Made by a program: the position numbers and the translations under genes
Shown here: positions 37,701-50,096 of the stretch, piece by piece
Position numbering within the stretch: position 1 is the stretch's first letter
Layout: each line of letters opens with the position of its first letter
The notes under the pieces: model-generated
The model's database searches: none
What the model was told of the DNA's origin: nothing
What the model saw: the letters and a program-made list of their open reading frames with translations, nothing else
Assembly (NCBI GenBank): GCA_905178155.1
Contig: CAJINV010000010.1
Location: 1,284,709-1,348,708, forward strand
Direction of reading: 5' to 3'
From: Amoebophrya sp. A120
Lineage: Eukaryota; Protista; Dinoflagellata
DNA: 64,000 nucleotides

Positions 37701-40123
37701 TAGTGCGATACTTTTGCAGAGCATACGTCCGGACACTACTACAAGTACAAAGACGACATGTACAACATGGACATTGTATCAAACAAAAAAGTGTTAACGT
37801 TAACGGTTTTCATAGATTGCAAATATGCATGACACATTTTGCCTAGCATGCGTGCTATGCATGACAAATTTGGGCGCGTTTTGTGATGCGTTACTGCATC
37901 ACAAATTCCGTTGACGTTAACGCTTTTTCCTGTGATACCTTGAGGGGGAAAGATGGTTTCTGAAGCCCATGAACTGCCCAGGGCATTGCGTGGTTTTCGC
38001 GCACCGCGTGAGGAGTTACCGGGAGTTGCCGCTCCGGATGGCGTCCTTCGGAGTCTTGCACAGAAACGAGAACAGCGGGGCGTTGAGTGGTATACTTTTG
38101 TAGCCAGGGTTTTTTTTCTTTGACGCGAAGGAATGTGTAGTCAAATCAAAGTCGTGCACACTGTGCTGCGGTCCAGGAGGGGCTTGTTGAATGCTTGTAT
38201 TGCGATGCTTTCTCTACTAAGTACGGGAGTACGAAATCCGTCTCAACATACAACTCGCACACCCAACCAATTACCAGGTCTGACCCGTGTCCGGCGGTTC
38301 CAGCAGGACGATGGCCATATCTTCTGCCGCATGGACCAGGTGAAATCCGAAATCAAAAACGCCTTGAAATTCGTGCAGTTCATCTACGAGACCATCGGTT
38401 TGGAGTACACCATGGTCCTTTCCACCCGCCCAAAGAAGGCAATCGGCAGCAAGGAAGTGTGGGCCAACGCGGAGAAGCAATTAGCAGAGGCTTTGAACGA
38501 AAGCGGACTCCCGTGGGGGCTGAACAAGGGAGATGGGGCATTTTACGGACCGAAAATCGATTTCAAGGTATGTCGAGTTTTATTGGGATAGATTTTCAGA
38601 TCCTTTTCGTTACATCACACAACATCTCGTAGTTGCTAAAGTTACAAGTTAGTATGCTTGTCGTTGTCACGCCGCATGTTGACACCAAAATCGGATTCTC
38701 ATGATAGTGGCGTCAGGCTCACAAAGAAGATCAATCAATACTAGCGTCAAATATCATGCTTGTGTACATTCGATTGTGAACTCCCATTACCCCAGGTTAA
38801 AGACGCGATCGGGCGTCAGCACCAGTGTGCGACGATGCAATTGGATTTCCTTTTCCCGATGCGTTTCAACCTGCAGTTCCGCACGCAGGCGGACGAGCAG
38901 AAAGAAGCCGAGGCTGCCAAGGCCGAAGGAGAACAAGCACAGGCAGCAGGAGCTGCTCCGAAGGAAACCAAGGAGAACAAGAAAGACAAAAAAGCCGCTG
39001 CTGCTGCCGCTGAGCCGAAGGAACCGCGAGCGTCTGCTACGTCTGCAGATGGCGGTGCACCAGCGGCGGATGCTGGAAAATCTGCTGCCGACAAGGAGAA
39101 GGAAAAGGAACAGAGAATGGAAGCGGTTGGGTTGGAAGGTGTGCTGAAACCCGGTCACGAGCGGCCGGTCATGATCCACCGTGCCATTCTAGGATCCGTG
39201 GAGAGGTTCACAGGTACTGACGTGTAAGGGAGTCATGTAAGTTAAGATCTAGTGAGGTTTTTTCTTTGATGATGCAATAAACAATGTTGCGCTTCATCTA
39301 CAACTGAATTGAAAGTGCAAGTGCTGTCTGCATGAAATCCACATCCAAATCAGGTATCCTGTGTGAGCACTACGGCGGCAAGTGGCCGTTCTTCATCTCC
39401 CCGAGACAGGTGATGATCGTCCCGACGCACGCTGGTTTGAATAAGTACTGCGAGTACGTCGCCGAGCAGTACAAAAACTTCGGCATCTTCGCTGACGTCG
39501 ACACCAGCAGCAAGACCATGAACAAGAAGGTCCGGGAAGCGCAGCTGGCCCAGTACAACTACGTTGCGATCTGCGGGGAGAAGGAACAGTCGGCGTTGGC
39601 GGTCAACTTGCGGGATCGCGACACGGGCAAGCCGCTCGGGGAGTTCTCGATTAAAGATTCCGTGGAGATGTTCGTCGCGAAATCCAACCCGAACAGCAAA
39701 CCTGCGAACCAATTTGACGAATTTGAGGGCCAGAAGCCGGAGCCAATCGGCGCCGGGAAAAATGGTGCGTCTTCAAGCAGCTCCGCAGCTTCTTCTGCAT
39801 CAAAACCAGAAAAGTTATCCGCGGAAACAGCAGGTGCGTCGAGCAAAAACGACTCTACTACTTCGAAGGAGACCACTGCAGCTGCTGGAGGTGCGAAGAA
39901 CAAGAAGCAGGAACATCAGAATAATGGTGAGAACAACAAGAACGGGGCAATAAAGAAGGATTGGGAGTCGCACTTCGCACAGTTTCCGTACGCTGGCGGA
40001 TTTGAGATGTCCGCGACAGACAAGAAATTGTTCGAGGAGTGTAAGGGCGGCATGCCGAGTTCGGAGAATTTTCAGCGGTGGTTCCAACACGTAGGAAGCT
40101 TGGTAAGAAGTGGGATTGTGTAG
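34721..40123 (+). CDS. TARS: Threonyl-tRNA synthetase, copy 2; 3 introners and 6 GT-AG introns
   Basis: Same motifs as copy 1, including KPMNCPGHC. Introns: 35030-35183, 35620-36307, 36759-37271, 38090-38277, 38568-38795, 39214-39353. Confidence 0.95.
35276..35555. mobile_element. Introner, family C
   Basis: TIRs; repeat GAGGA. Confidence 0.92.
35657..35717. repeat. 31-bp tandem duplication inside a GT-AG intron
   Basis: CGCGTTGATCACTAAGCTCGGGGGCGTACT occurs twice. Confidence 0.85.
37576..37725. mobile_element. Introner, family A
   Basis: TIRs; repeat CGTCC; restores KAS-GHY. Confidence 0.92.
37777..37937. mobile_element. Introner, singleton TIR type
   Basis: TATCAAACAAAAAAGTGTTAACGTTAACGG...CCGTTGACGTTAACGCTTTTTCCTGTGATA; repeat CATTG/CCTTG. 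Confidence 0.88.
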
Positions 40124-40844
40124 CTGATGTGGAGAACCGTTGTCAACAAATGGAGTTGTAGATCTTTGGAGGAGGAACAGTAGTGTAATGCAGCTCTTCT
40201 TGTCACACAGAAGTTGAAAATCAAAAAGAACGCTACCTTTATCGATGAATAAAGCGCTCGCTTACTCTTATTTCACCAGTCTCTAATTATAGAGGAATAT
40301 CGCTTACTCACGCTCATATTTCTGATTGTATCTATTGCTTTCTGCTGGTTCTGGTAGCGAGACGCAAGTCGCAGGATCACGTGTGATTTTTGCGGAAGTA
40401 GAGCCTTTCTGGTCACGTTAACACAATAAGCGGTGAAGTGAAAGAGACGACGCAAACTTTGAATGACTTTGAATCGATATCAGCGACAATGCCACTTCAT
40501 GTTTCACTTCAAACTGAGGAGAAAGTAGGCTGCGTCATTCAAAGAGAACGAGAGCCTTTTGGTAGCACAAACGATGATCAGACTTTACGTCGAGACGCGC
40601 GGCCAATCTTAAGAAAAAAGATGATAAAAAAGTAGAATGAAATTAAAGCGTAAGTGCGAGAGCTTCACCTTCATGCTCGAAGACGAGCTGCGCGAAGAGA
40701 CTATTGCTGACACTGATCATGGAGTGTGTTCCCCTGGTCTACTACATTGGATTTTGCTTTTGTTGTGTCTGTCTTTGTTCTGGAAACAGCAGCAAAACTC
40801 TGCGCATCACCAAGCCTACCAGTCCGTAGGCGCCAAGGGAGGAG

Positions 40845-42030
40845 CTAGCTGCGGGATAGGCTGCGGGCCAGCGCGCTAAGCGGCCGAAAGTTCGGCGGGG
40901 TTCTGGGTGGGCGCCTTTCGTGTAGCAAAATAAACGGGGGGGGCGGCGGTCGCGCAGGCCGGGCAGTGCGTGCGTCGTGGCGCTGGTGTGGCGCCTCGAC
41001 CCCCGGGGGCTGGTTCGCGCGATCACCGGGAGACGCACGCGCCCGCCTGCGCTTGTTATTGTTGCCCCGCCGGCGGCGTTGTGCCATGGACCCGGGCGGG
41101 CGGGCAGGCGGCAGCCTGGAAAGAGGGCCCGAGCCCTTTGCCAGAGCCCGAGCCAGGCCATGTGGGCCACGTATGCACCGGGCGCCACGGTAAAGGCGCG
41201 CCATGGATGACCCAAGGCCGGACGGGGCCCAAACACTGCCCCACCCCCCGCCCTCAGGGCATCCCTGGGCGCACCGGCCTCCGCGCCGAGCCTGGCTGGT
41301 GGCGGACGCCGCCGGGCCGCCCTTCTTTGCCAAAGTGCAGGCCCTGGCTCGTTGTGCAGCGGCGGCGCCGCGTGCGCCCGCGCTAGGCTGCGCCCGCCCC
41401 GGGGAGAATCGCCCGAAGGGCCTTCGCGCGGGGCCGGGGGGAGCATGGCGCGGGCGGCGGGCGAATGGGCGGGGGGCCCGTGGAAGGATGCCTCTTGCGT
41501 CCAGCCCCTTCGTCGATGAGGCTCGCCCCGCCGGGAAGCCGTCGGCCCGCGCAGTGCCCCGCCCCAATACATAGCTAGATGCTCACTGGCGGGGCCGGGC
41601 CGCCCCGCGCCTTGCAGGCCGGCGCGGCCGCCGCTTGGCCCCCCTGCCGACAGGCCGAAGGCCCGCCCGGGCCGCGGTCGCCCAATCGCTTCCCGCCGCC
41701 GCCGCGGGGCGGTGGCTTTCGTGGTGTCTTCGGTCGGATGGGCCGGGCCGGCACCGCGGCCGTAGCGCTGCCGGGGCGCCCGCGTCGCTGCCCAGGTGCC
41801 CAGGATCTCCCTTGCCTCGCCCCTGCCCCGGGCCGGCTTGGGGGCTGGCAGGCAGAGGAGGGAGACTGACCCACCCGGCCGGGTTCCTCGGTTTGATTGG
41901 TGGGTGGGCCAGTGCCTATTGTTCTATTTGGCGCGTCGCGAAGCGCGTGTGGCTGGTGCCATCCGTGTGCGTTGTTAGTTGCAGCGGCCCTACTCGCGTT
42001 GACGCTCGCAATGGGTAGCCCCTTGCCGCC
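40845..42030. other. Intergenic GC-rich island, unclassified
   Basis: Abrupt rise in GC content and no credible ORF. Boundaries are approximate. Confidence 0.55.
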
Positions 42031-43374
42031 GGGCAGGCTCTTGCAATATTATATTTAGAGAAGGAACTCCAACTCGCCTGCCAGGATGGCCTCGGTGGTC
42101 GATGGTAGGTGGCGGCCGCGTAGTGGCTCATTGGGCGACCCGCCCGAGGTGTTCACCCCGTCCGTGATACCGAACCTCGATGCCCGTTCTGTTTGCGAAG
42201 CTTTCTTTGTAGTTTTGTTTCGCAATTCTTTCTCTTGGTTTTGGCGTTGCGTCATCCATGGTTTTGTATCTGTGGAATGCCCGACCTCGACATGGTCTTC
42301 CCCGGGATCTCTAAATCGGCGCTATGGCGTATTAATTTTAGCCGGCAAATGATAGCCAGGCCCCGCGATTTCAATTGTATAGCAAGAACTGTCCTCGCAC
42401 TAAGGACACGCAGCTCCTTGTGTTGTAGATTGAGAGATGAAAGCGGCACTTAAAAAACTCAAATTCTTCTTCTGGCAAATAGAGCGTTCTTGCGTACTAA
42501 CAAAGATTACCTATCCCAAAGGTGAAGATGAAGGTCGAGTTGATGTGCTACAGCGACGGCTATCCTTGAAAGTAGAAAATCGGAGCAAATCGAACTCTCC
42601 AGCGACTTCCAGCGTGAGGTTGAGAACTCAGTAAGTGAGAAGTTTGTCATAGAGCACATTTTGATCCATATCCAGCTCTCAGGCCAAGTTGCTGGATTGT
42701 TGCGTAACTACACCTAAACTTCTATTGGACGACGAGTCTCCTTATGTCTCTGGACGATTGATGCGAGCGTGACGAGTGAAGAGACCACAACACACAAGAT
42801 GGCCAATTTTTTCAGATGACAGTGGTGCCCGAGCAGGAGTCTGCGTCCGAGACCCGAAAAAAAGTGCTTTGCAGCTAGTAGCACTGGTCCTCGTGGTGCC
42901 AGAAGTACCAAGAGTAATTATAACACGCTGACCTACAATAACCTCGAAGAACATCAAGCAGTAGACAACTCGAGAAGGACTACCACACTTTCTCGCACTT
43001 GACGACGAGGAAAGCAAACGCAACCGCAACCGGCACAGATTCACACTCAGGGCTGTCCCAATAAAACAAACTACAAACCACGCACTTGTTGCGTCGAGCG
43101 GACGAGTTCGCGGCAGACAGAGGCTCGTTTGCGTTTCCTGCTCTGTCTCAACTACATCTCCTGGTCCTCCCGAACCGTCGTTACTGACACAGCAAACGAC
43201 CCTTGCTTGTTTTGTCACGACGACATTGGGATCTTGTCTTCAATACGGCGGATTCAAAAGAGCACCTCCTCCTTCCCGACAACACAACAAAAGCGTTAGC
43301 TTCACATTGTCAGTAGAACACCAGACCCAGCAGAGGGACAAGCACCCAGGAGTAACAAAAACCAGCCCTCCCAA

Positions 43375-46300
43375 ATGGACGCTGCCACCACGACCCTCAC
43401 CCCCGATCAGGAGGAGCAGCTCACCCTGTTCCGGGAGGTGACGGCGAACGAGGACCGACAGCGATGTATCCAGTACCTGGAGATGAGCAACTGGAATGTG
43501 GAACAGGCCATCAACTTGTCCATGACCGGCGCATTAGACAACACACCAGCAACAGGCTCCGACCACGCGGCCGCCATGAACTTCATAACCGGCGACCACG
43601 AACCGGCAATAGGACCACAACAGCAGACCAGGCCGAGTGGGGGGGTAGAGCAGAGCTTCTTTTTGTTGAGGATGATAGATGCATGATTACTTGTCTTCTA
43701 GTTGGAGATCGTTGGATGGGACATACTACCTGTCTTGCGCGATCAACATCGGGTCGTGCAGCTGTTCTATAACCCGCCGTGCGGTGCTTCAAAGTAAGTA
43801 AATGTAAATCGACACTACAAGAGACAACAATACAATATGCTCAGTACAAAGAAACAACTCAAACCAGGACCCCGACGCATCCCTCGCCCAAAAAGTGGTC
43901 GAGAAGGTCGGCAACGTATCCTGTGCAAAAGTATCGTACTCGTATTGCAATCATGCATTACAAACTTTTTTCTCAAGGGAAAACAGCATTACAAATTTTA
44001 TTTCTCATGCTGAGGGAATTTGTCATGCATTTATACGAATACGATACTTTTGCAGTTCATACAACGCCGCCAGCAAGGTACTCAACGGCATCGGCGGGTT
44101 TCTGCACTCCATGTTGATCCCGGACGAAGTATGAACTGCAAAAATGTCTGGGTCTGGAACATTCTAAACTTGTGATGCTGTCTCTGGATTCTGAAAAAAT
44201 TTGTATTGCATGACCAGCAAGAGGGCTCCAGTTTGTGCTACGCAGAGCGGTCATTTTTCATGCTGTAGAGGCATCACAAAGCGCTCTAAAAATCTGTGAT
44301 GCTACGGCATGCATCACAGACATCATGAGCCATGGAAAATATGCATGACAAATCTAGAAATCTTCCAGGCCCAGACACTTTTGCATTTGATACGATGACG
44401 GGTATAACAACAACACCTCCGGCGGAAGTAGTTCCAGCAGCAGCAGTGGTAGAGCGAACCGGAACAGTTTCAAAGCGTACTACGTATCAAATGCAAATGT
44501 GTCTGGGCCTGGCAGATTGTTTGTCATGCTTGTCTGGCATGACTGAACAGTTTGTGATGCGTGTCAAAGAAGAGACCCGCCTTGTACAACTTGTCATGCA
44601 ACAACGCAGTTTGTGTTTGTCATGCGGAAAGCGCAACACTAAGCAGCGCAGATATTTCTCATGCTTGGCTGTGCATTACAGAGCATCCACTATTCCCAAC
44701 CCAGCATTACAAGTTTCCAGAACCAGACATATTTGCAATGCATACTACGAGCGACAATACAAGACGGACGCTTCGACCGCCTGCCCGGACTTTTTCGACG
44801 GAACGTTTCAGCAGGCAATAACGAAAGCGAAGGACAACATGAAACTCCTTATGGTCTACTTCCACTGCGAAACCGCAAGTTTGACCGACGACTTTTGCAA
44901 AAACTGTCTCAACAACGACATCGTGACAGTGATGTTGAGTGACACGTGCGTCAGCTTCGGGGCCGACATAAACGACCGGACCAGTTACGACTTGGCAAGG
45001 CAGTTTCAGGTATTTGTTTTGTTCTTGTGGACGCGGACGTCGTCGTGTTTGGCTGCATGACAAAAATGCCAGAATTGACGACCGCCTGCAAAACGAGTCG
45101 TGATACATCATGAACGTGAAGGAAAGTAAACAGATTTTTACAAGCTACACGACTCATGTGCACCATGAATCACACAAACAAACTTCATGACTTTTCAGGT
45201 TCAACGCTACCCGTACCTGGCGCTGGTGCTTCCCGTCTCCGCAACGGACTACAGGATACTTCACAAAGTCGACGGGCAGGTATGAAAATGAAGTTATTTG
45301 TGACGTTGCATGACAAAGTGAAGACACAGAAGTGGCGACGATAGATTTGCCATGCTATGCTGAAAGAAGAAGTAGATGCAGTGCTGCTCATACGACTTTG
45401 ATTATTTTGTGATGCAAATCATGTATCCAAACAGCAAGCCGGATCAGTTGACGGCCTCGTCGCGCTTTTGACCCAAGCCGCCGACGACCTGGAGCAAAAT
45501 CGTATCAAGTGTAAAAGTGTCTAGGTCTGGAAGAATGCATGCTTGTCTGGCATGCTTGTCTGGCATGACTCGAGAATCTGTGTTGCATAGGCACGAAAAA
45601 ACCCTCTGGCCTGTCATGCAAAAGCGCAGTTTGCCATGCGGAATACGTAAGACATGGCAGCCAAAAAAATTGTCATGCATGTTATCATGTCGTACTGCAG
45701 TGCGTCTATCATTATTTTTAGCATATACAATTTTCCAGGCCCAGACATATTAGCAATCCATAAACCGGGCCCAGCTAGTAACGCAAGCGAACCAAGTTCA
45801 GCACGACAGGCTTCTGCGCGCCGAGCAAGACAGGGAGTATGAAGAGGCTTTGGCGAAGGTACAGTGTGGCTGGTTTGTCATGCAGACTGTCAATGCATAT
45901 ACAACAGCGTTGTCCTCCTGCTCCTCACGAGTGCGCAACACAAGTTTTTTTCTGAAAAGAATCTTCCTTGATAAATTTCATATCACCTCCTCCACAGGAC
46001 CGCGAAGCCGAGGCCGCACGGCAGCGGGAGGAGGAGGCCCGACAGAAGGCGCTGGAAGAGGAAAAACAGGCCCAGCTCGCCAGGGAGCAAGCGGCGAAAG
46101 ACATCGAGGCGAAAAGGAGAAAACTGGCGACCGAACTTGTCACTGTGGACCCAAGCACGACGGAAGCCAAGACGAAGATACAAGTGAAATTCCCGACGGG
46201 GCAGAGGGTATCTTTACTTTACTAAAACTAGGAATGAATTTGTTTCTATTTTCACCACTTGGGTCAACGTCGTCATGCGGTACCAGCATGCTAGGCGAAG

Positions 46301-46658
46301 TGGAAAGAAATCAGGCTTTGTCTGTTGCAACATGACAAATTGCATTCCGTTGTTTTCGTTGCATGACAAACTTCTGAAACTCGGTAGCAATGTCTGATGC
46401 ATCATCCACAATGCAAATTGCTATCAGGTCAACCGTACGTTCCTCCAGTCCCACACACTGAAGGACCTCTTCAACTGGGTCGAGGCGGCAGAGTACGCCG
46501 AAACGGGGACAAGTATCAAAGTCCCGAGCAAGTTCTCCCTCAATACGTCCTTCCCCACGAAGTTGCTTCAGCGCAGCGACGAAAGCCTGAAGGACGCCGG
46601 GCTGGTGCCCAACGCGCAGGTTTTGCTACAGGATCTGTCCAGCGACGACGAAGAGTAA
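43375..46658 (+). CDS. UBA-UAS-UBX domain p97 cofactor (FAF1/FAF2/PUX10-like); 4 introners and 5 GT-AG introns
   Basis: UBA-like FREVT...YLEMSNWNVEQAI; UAS CPDFFDGTFQQA...LLMVYFH; LRAEQDREYEEALAKDRE; UBX IQVKFPTGQR-VNRTF...TSFP...SLKDAGLVPNA. Confidence 0.9.
43917..44061. mobile_element. Introner, family A (reverse orientation)
   Basis: TIRs; repeat CAACG. Confidence 0.9.
44130..44392. mobile_element. Introner, family B
   Basis: TIRs; repeat CGAAG/CGATG. Confidence 0.9.
44485..44744. mobile_element. Introner, family B
   Basis: TIRs; repeat CTACG. Confidence 0.9.
45503..45762. mobile_element. Introner, family B (diverged)
   Basis: TIRs; repeat AATCG/AACCG. Confidence 0.88.
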
Positions 46659-47319
46659 CAAGTTCTTGAGCGGGGAGGAGGAGGTGGTGTTCATAATCGC
46701 GGCAAACTACCCGGCGGCTGGGATAGAGCGCACGGTGGTGATGGTGCTCCTGTGGGATCATGTTGAGTAGAGGAGCCCCCGGGGGTCATTTTCCGTGGTA
46801 GAAGTGCTACGCCTACTGAAAGCCGAGGCTAGTGGAAGGGGGCTGTTTATTGCTCCATCTTGCGGTAGGGGAGAGTCCCTGATCGTTTTTTGTGACAAGG
46901 AGCTGAAGAAGTAGAATGATGAGTGATCGAGAAGGGACTGGTGGATCGATGATTAGCGATCAACGCGACTGATCATGAAAACTCTACCTAGTGGCATCGT
47001 GCTCAGCAGGCGAAGAATAGTCAGTGCAAGCTTCTACGATAGTCGTGAATGTTGGTAGAACTGCGATTGCGGCTTGATGCTGTGTGTAGGAGCTCGAATC
47101 AACCACGACGGTCCGGACGCTACATTGAATCACTTCTACAGCCACTCAAAGGCGATAGTTTTTTCGTTGTGCTACACGTACAAGGGAGAGCTAAAGCAAC
47201 AAGAACACGCTGTAGAAACGCAAATCGCTATGGCTGACTTGGAAGCCTGTGCCATCGAAGCCGTTGCTGTGGTCGTCTGATGTTCTGCCACTTACCTTGC
47301 TGGCGCTTTACCATCTGAT

Positions 47320-48740
47320 GCGCAGTGCGAGCTACTCCTACCATCATCCGACGTCTCAGGGAGTAGGCCAGGGCGACACGTTCCGCCCGCGCCCGCAAGT
47401 GCAGCAGGGCGCGCGGCCTTCGGGCATCATGGGCCGACCGGATCCAAGACCCGCCTACAGAGCGCGGCGGCAGTCCAGGCCGGGGCAAAAAGAGCGGGGG
47501 CGCCGTTCGCCATGTCGCGGGGCGCAAGCTAGTAGCCATGGCCAAGCGCTGTGGCCGCCTCGCCCAGCTGCTGAAGCTGGTGGCGATCCCCTTGGCCCGC
47601 GTGCTACACTTGCATCAGGCGGCCCGGCCGCATTCGCGCCCAAGGCCCTTCGCGTTTCCCCTCGGCCCGACTTAGCCGCCGACAGGAATCCGCGACGCGG
47701 GGTCCGGGGGCCGGCCTGCGGGTGCTTTGGCGCGCGCTTGGCTTTTTTTTGGCCGGCGTGCGTGGCGGATGGCGCGCGCCCCCAGTGCAGGCGGCGAAAG
47801 TGTCCTTCGAGGCGGGGGAGAAAGCCATGGCGATGAACGTAAGGCGGGCCCCTTTATTGGGCGGCGCCGGTCGTGTCGTTTCTCCCTCCGGCCGGCGCGC
47901 GGGCTTGGGCCTTTGGAGGTGGCGCGGAAAGGAGCGGCCGGGGCCCCGGGGCAGTGGCGGCGAAGGCAGGGGGGAACCCCTATCCAGCTGACGAGTGCCG
48001 CCCTGGGTCGGGGGCAGTTGGCCGCGTCTGAGAAGAGTGACGGGCCGCCGCCCGCCTTGCCCATGCCGCCCCCCGGCCAACCGATCAAGATCTACTGCAA
48101 CCACGCGGCGCCCGCCTTGCTTTCTGCCCGCCCGGCATTCTAAGCAACGCATGGCCGGCCCGCCGGCCCCTCGCTCGCTCTGGGTCGGCCGGCGCGGCTT
48201 GCGCTGCCTGCCTGTTTGGGTTTTGCCAATTGCCACCAAGGCCGGGGCCGCGCTTCGCTTCGGAGTCCGTGAATCCGCTCCCCTTGGGGCATTTCGCGGG
48301 CCCTGCTTGCCCGCCCGCCGTGGTTGCAGCTTCTGGGGGCGTTGATTGTGGCGTTGGGTTTTCTGTGCTGCCGCCGGCTAGCCCCGCCCTTTGGCACGGA
48401 CGGCGGCGCGCCGGTGCGCCTTGCCCACCATTTGCATGCGCAGGCCGCGGGCGCCGGCTTTGTTGGCAAGCGTTGGGCGGCGCAGCTCCTCGGCCCGAAT
48501 GTTGGCGCCGCCCGCCCCCCGGTTTCGCTGCTCTCGCAATGCCTATGGCCGCACTCTTCCTTCGTTCCACCCTGCTTGCCGCGGCACCAGATAGAACCGC
48601 AGCGGGGGGGGGGGGGGCGAGCTACGGAAGCCGGCACGCCGGCAGGGCCGGAGTTCGCTTGCCCCTAGCGCGCAGCGCTAGCCCGAGCAAGGGGCTTAAA
48701 AGAATATACAAGAAAGCGCGTGCACGACGCGAGTGGTGGC
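47320..48740. other. Intergenic GC-rich island, unclassified
   Basis: Abrupt rise in GC content; hairpin CTACTCCCT/AGGGAGTAG at the left edge (~47331-47366). Confidence 0.55.
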
Positions 48741-49088
48741 GGTGTTCCTTTGCGTTGGGCATTTCAGGCCATGACGCAGGGAGTGTGAGTGTGTCTGTTC
48801 TTCTCCGATATAAACCATCCAGAGCTCATCTCTGCCTTTCGTCACAATATTTGCACAGCGTTTTTTGCGTTTGCGTCGTGTCGCCAGCTTTTTCTTCTTG
48901 GTTGTCGGTCCTTGCTGTGAGGTTCAGTTTTTTTCTCATGCTGATGCTGACGCAGCTCCAACTCCCTGTCCTGCCTGTGTATCTACCGCGACCGAGTGAA
49001 GCAAGCTAGCAATTAGATAGGAAATCAGAGCTGTTTAGTTCGCAAGCGAGGCACAACCGTAATAACCTAACAAGCACCCCTCTCCAAA

Positions 49089-50096
49089 ATGGGCAAGAAG
49101 CGCATGAAAACCCTCTCCGACCTCAAGGTCGCCATTATCGGAGATGAACAAACCGTGACCGGGTTGTACGAGAAAGAAAACTTCTTGAGTTCCGGCCGCA
49201 AAGTTTGTATCTCTATTGCATAAGCATGACACGCGTTTGTTGAAGATGATTTAGAGTTGCACCTGCAGAAAAAAGGCATTCCTGAACAAGAACAATTTGT
49301 GTGTAGTAGTCCGAGGACTCAAGACTTCGCTTCCATATTCTAGTCTTGGGCGGTGGTGGCATGGTCGATGGGCAGGGGAAGAAGAATTTCATGGTCGTCG
49401 ACGGCGCAACGCGGAATCACGAGGTATAATAGAGACAATGTTTTAATACGACGATACCAAGTACGACTAAACTTGTGATGCAGCACAATCTGAATGACAT
49501 AGTCATAGAATCGATGCGGATGCCACTTCATTTTCATTCGAAACAAAAACCTCAGATCGCCGAGCAGTTTCAGGAGTGGACGACGCGGAAGGATCTCGCC
49601 GTGATCCTGATCTCCCAGACGGAGGCGGGAAAGATCCGAAACGTCGTCGACGATTTTGCCCGCAGCGGGCAGGTGATCCCCGCGGTGCTGGAGATGCCGA
49701 CCAAGGACGTCGCTTACGACCCAAAGAAGGACTATGGAAGCGTCAGGTTTGAAATCGTCAAAGTTAAAATAGTTTGGCACGCATAAAATCGATACCGGTT
49801 GGAAGCCCAATTTCCAAGCGGCGCATGACAAATTTTCGGAGTACCGGAATCCAATTTGTCATGCTGTTTGGGCACAGAAGACTGCTTTTGTCATGCTTGT
49901 TCAGAAGCTCTATCCCAAACCCTAAATAGGCTCACAATCTGCCTCGCTTGCCTTCCCGGCAAGACAGGCACTTCATGCCTTGCATTTTATGCATGACAAA
50001 TCATTACAACTTTGACGATTTCAATCCTGACAGATCCATAAGGACCCGATCATGCAGCGCGTGCAGATGTTCTTCGGAAGCAACCCGGTCATGTGA
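49089..50096 (+). CDS. ATP6V1F: V-type proton ATPase subunit F (Vma7); 2 introners and GT-AG intron 49424-49555
   Basis: VAIIGDEQTVTG, KNFMVVD, RKDLAVILISQ, IPAVLEMPTKDVAYDPKKD-PIMQRV. Confidence 0.92.
49167..49337. mobile_element. Heavily decayed introner
   Basis: TAC...ATA with residual inverted repeat TCTTGAGT/ACTCAAGA. Removing the element plus 5 nt restores the subunit F frame; the flanks GGTTG/TTCTA barely match. Confidence 0.65.
49733..50040. mobile_element. Introner, family H
   Basis: TATGGAAGCGTCAGGTTTGAAATCGTCAAAGTT...AACTTTGACGATTTCAATCCTGACAGATCCATA; repeat AGGAC. Confidence 0.9.
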
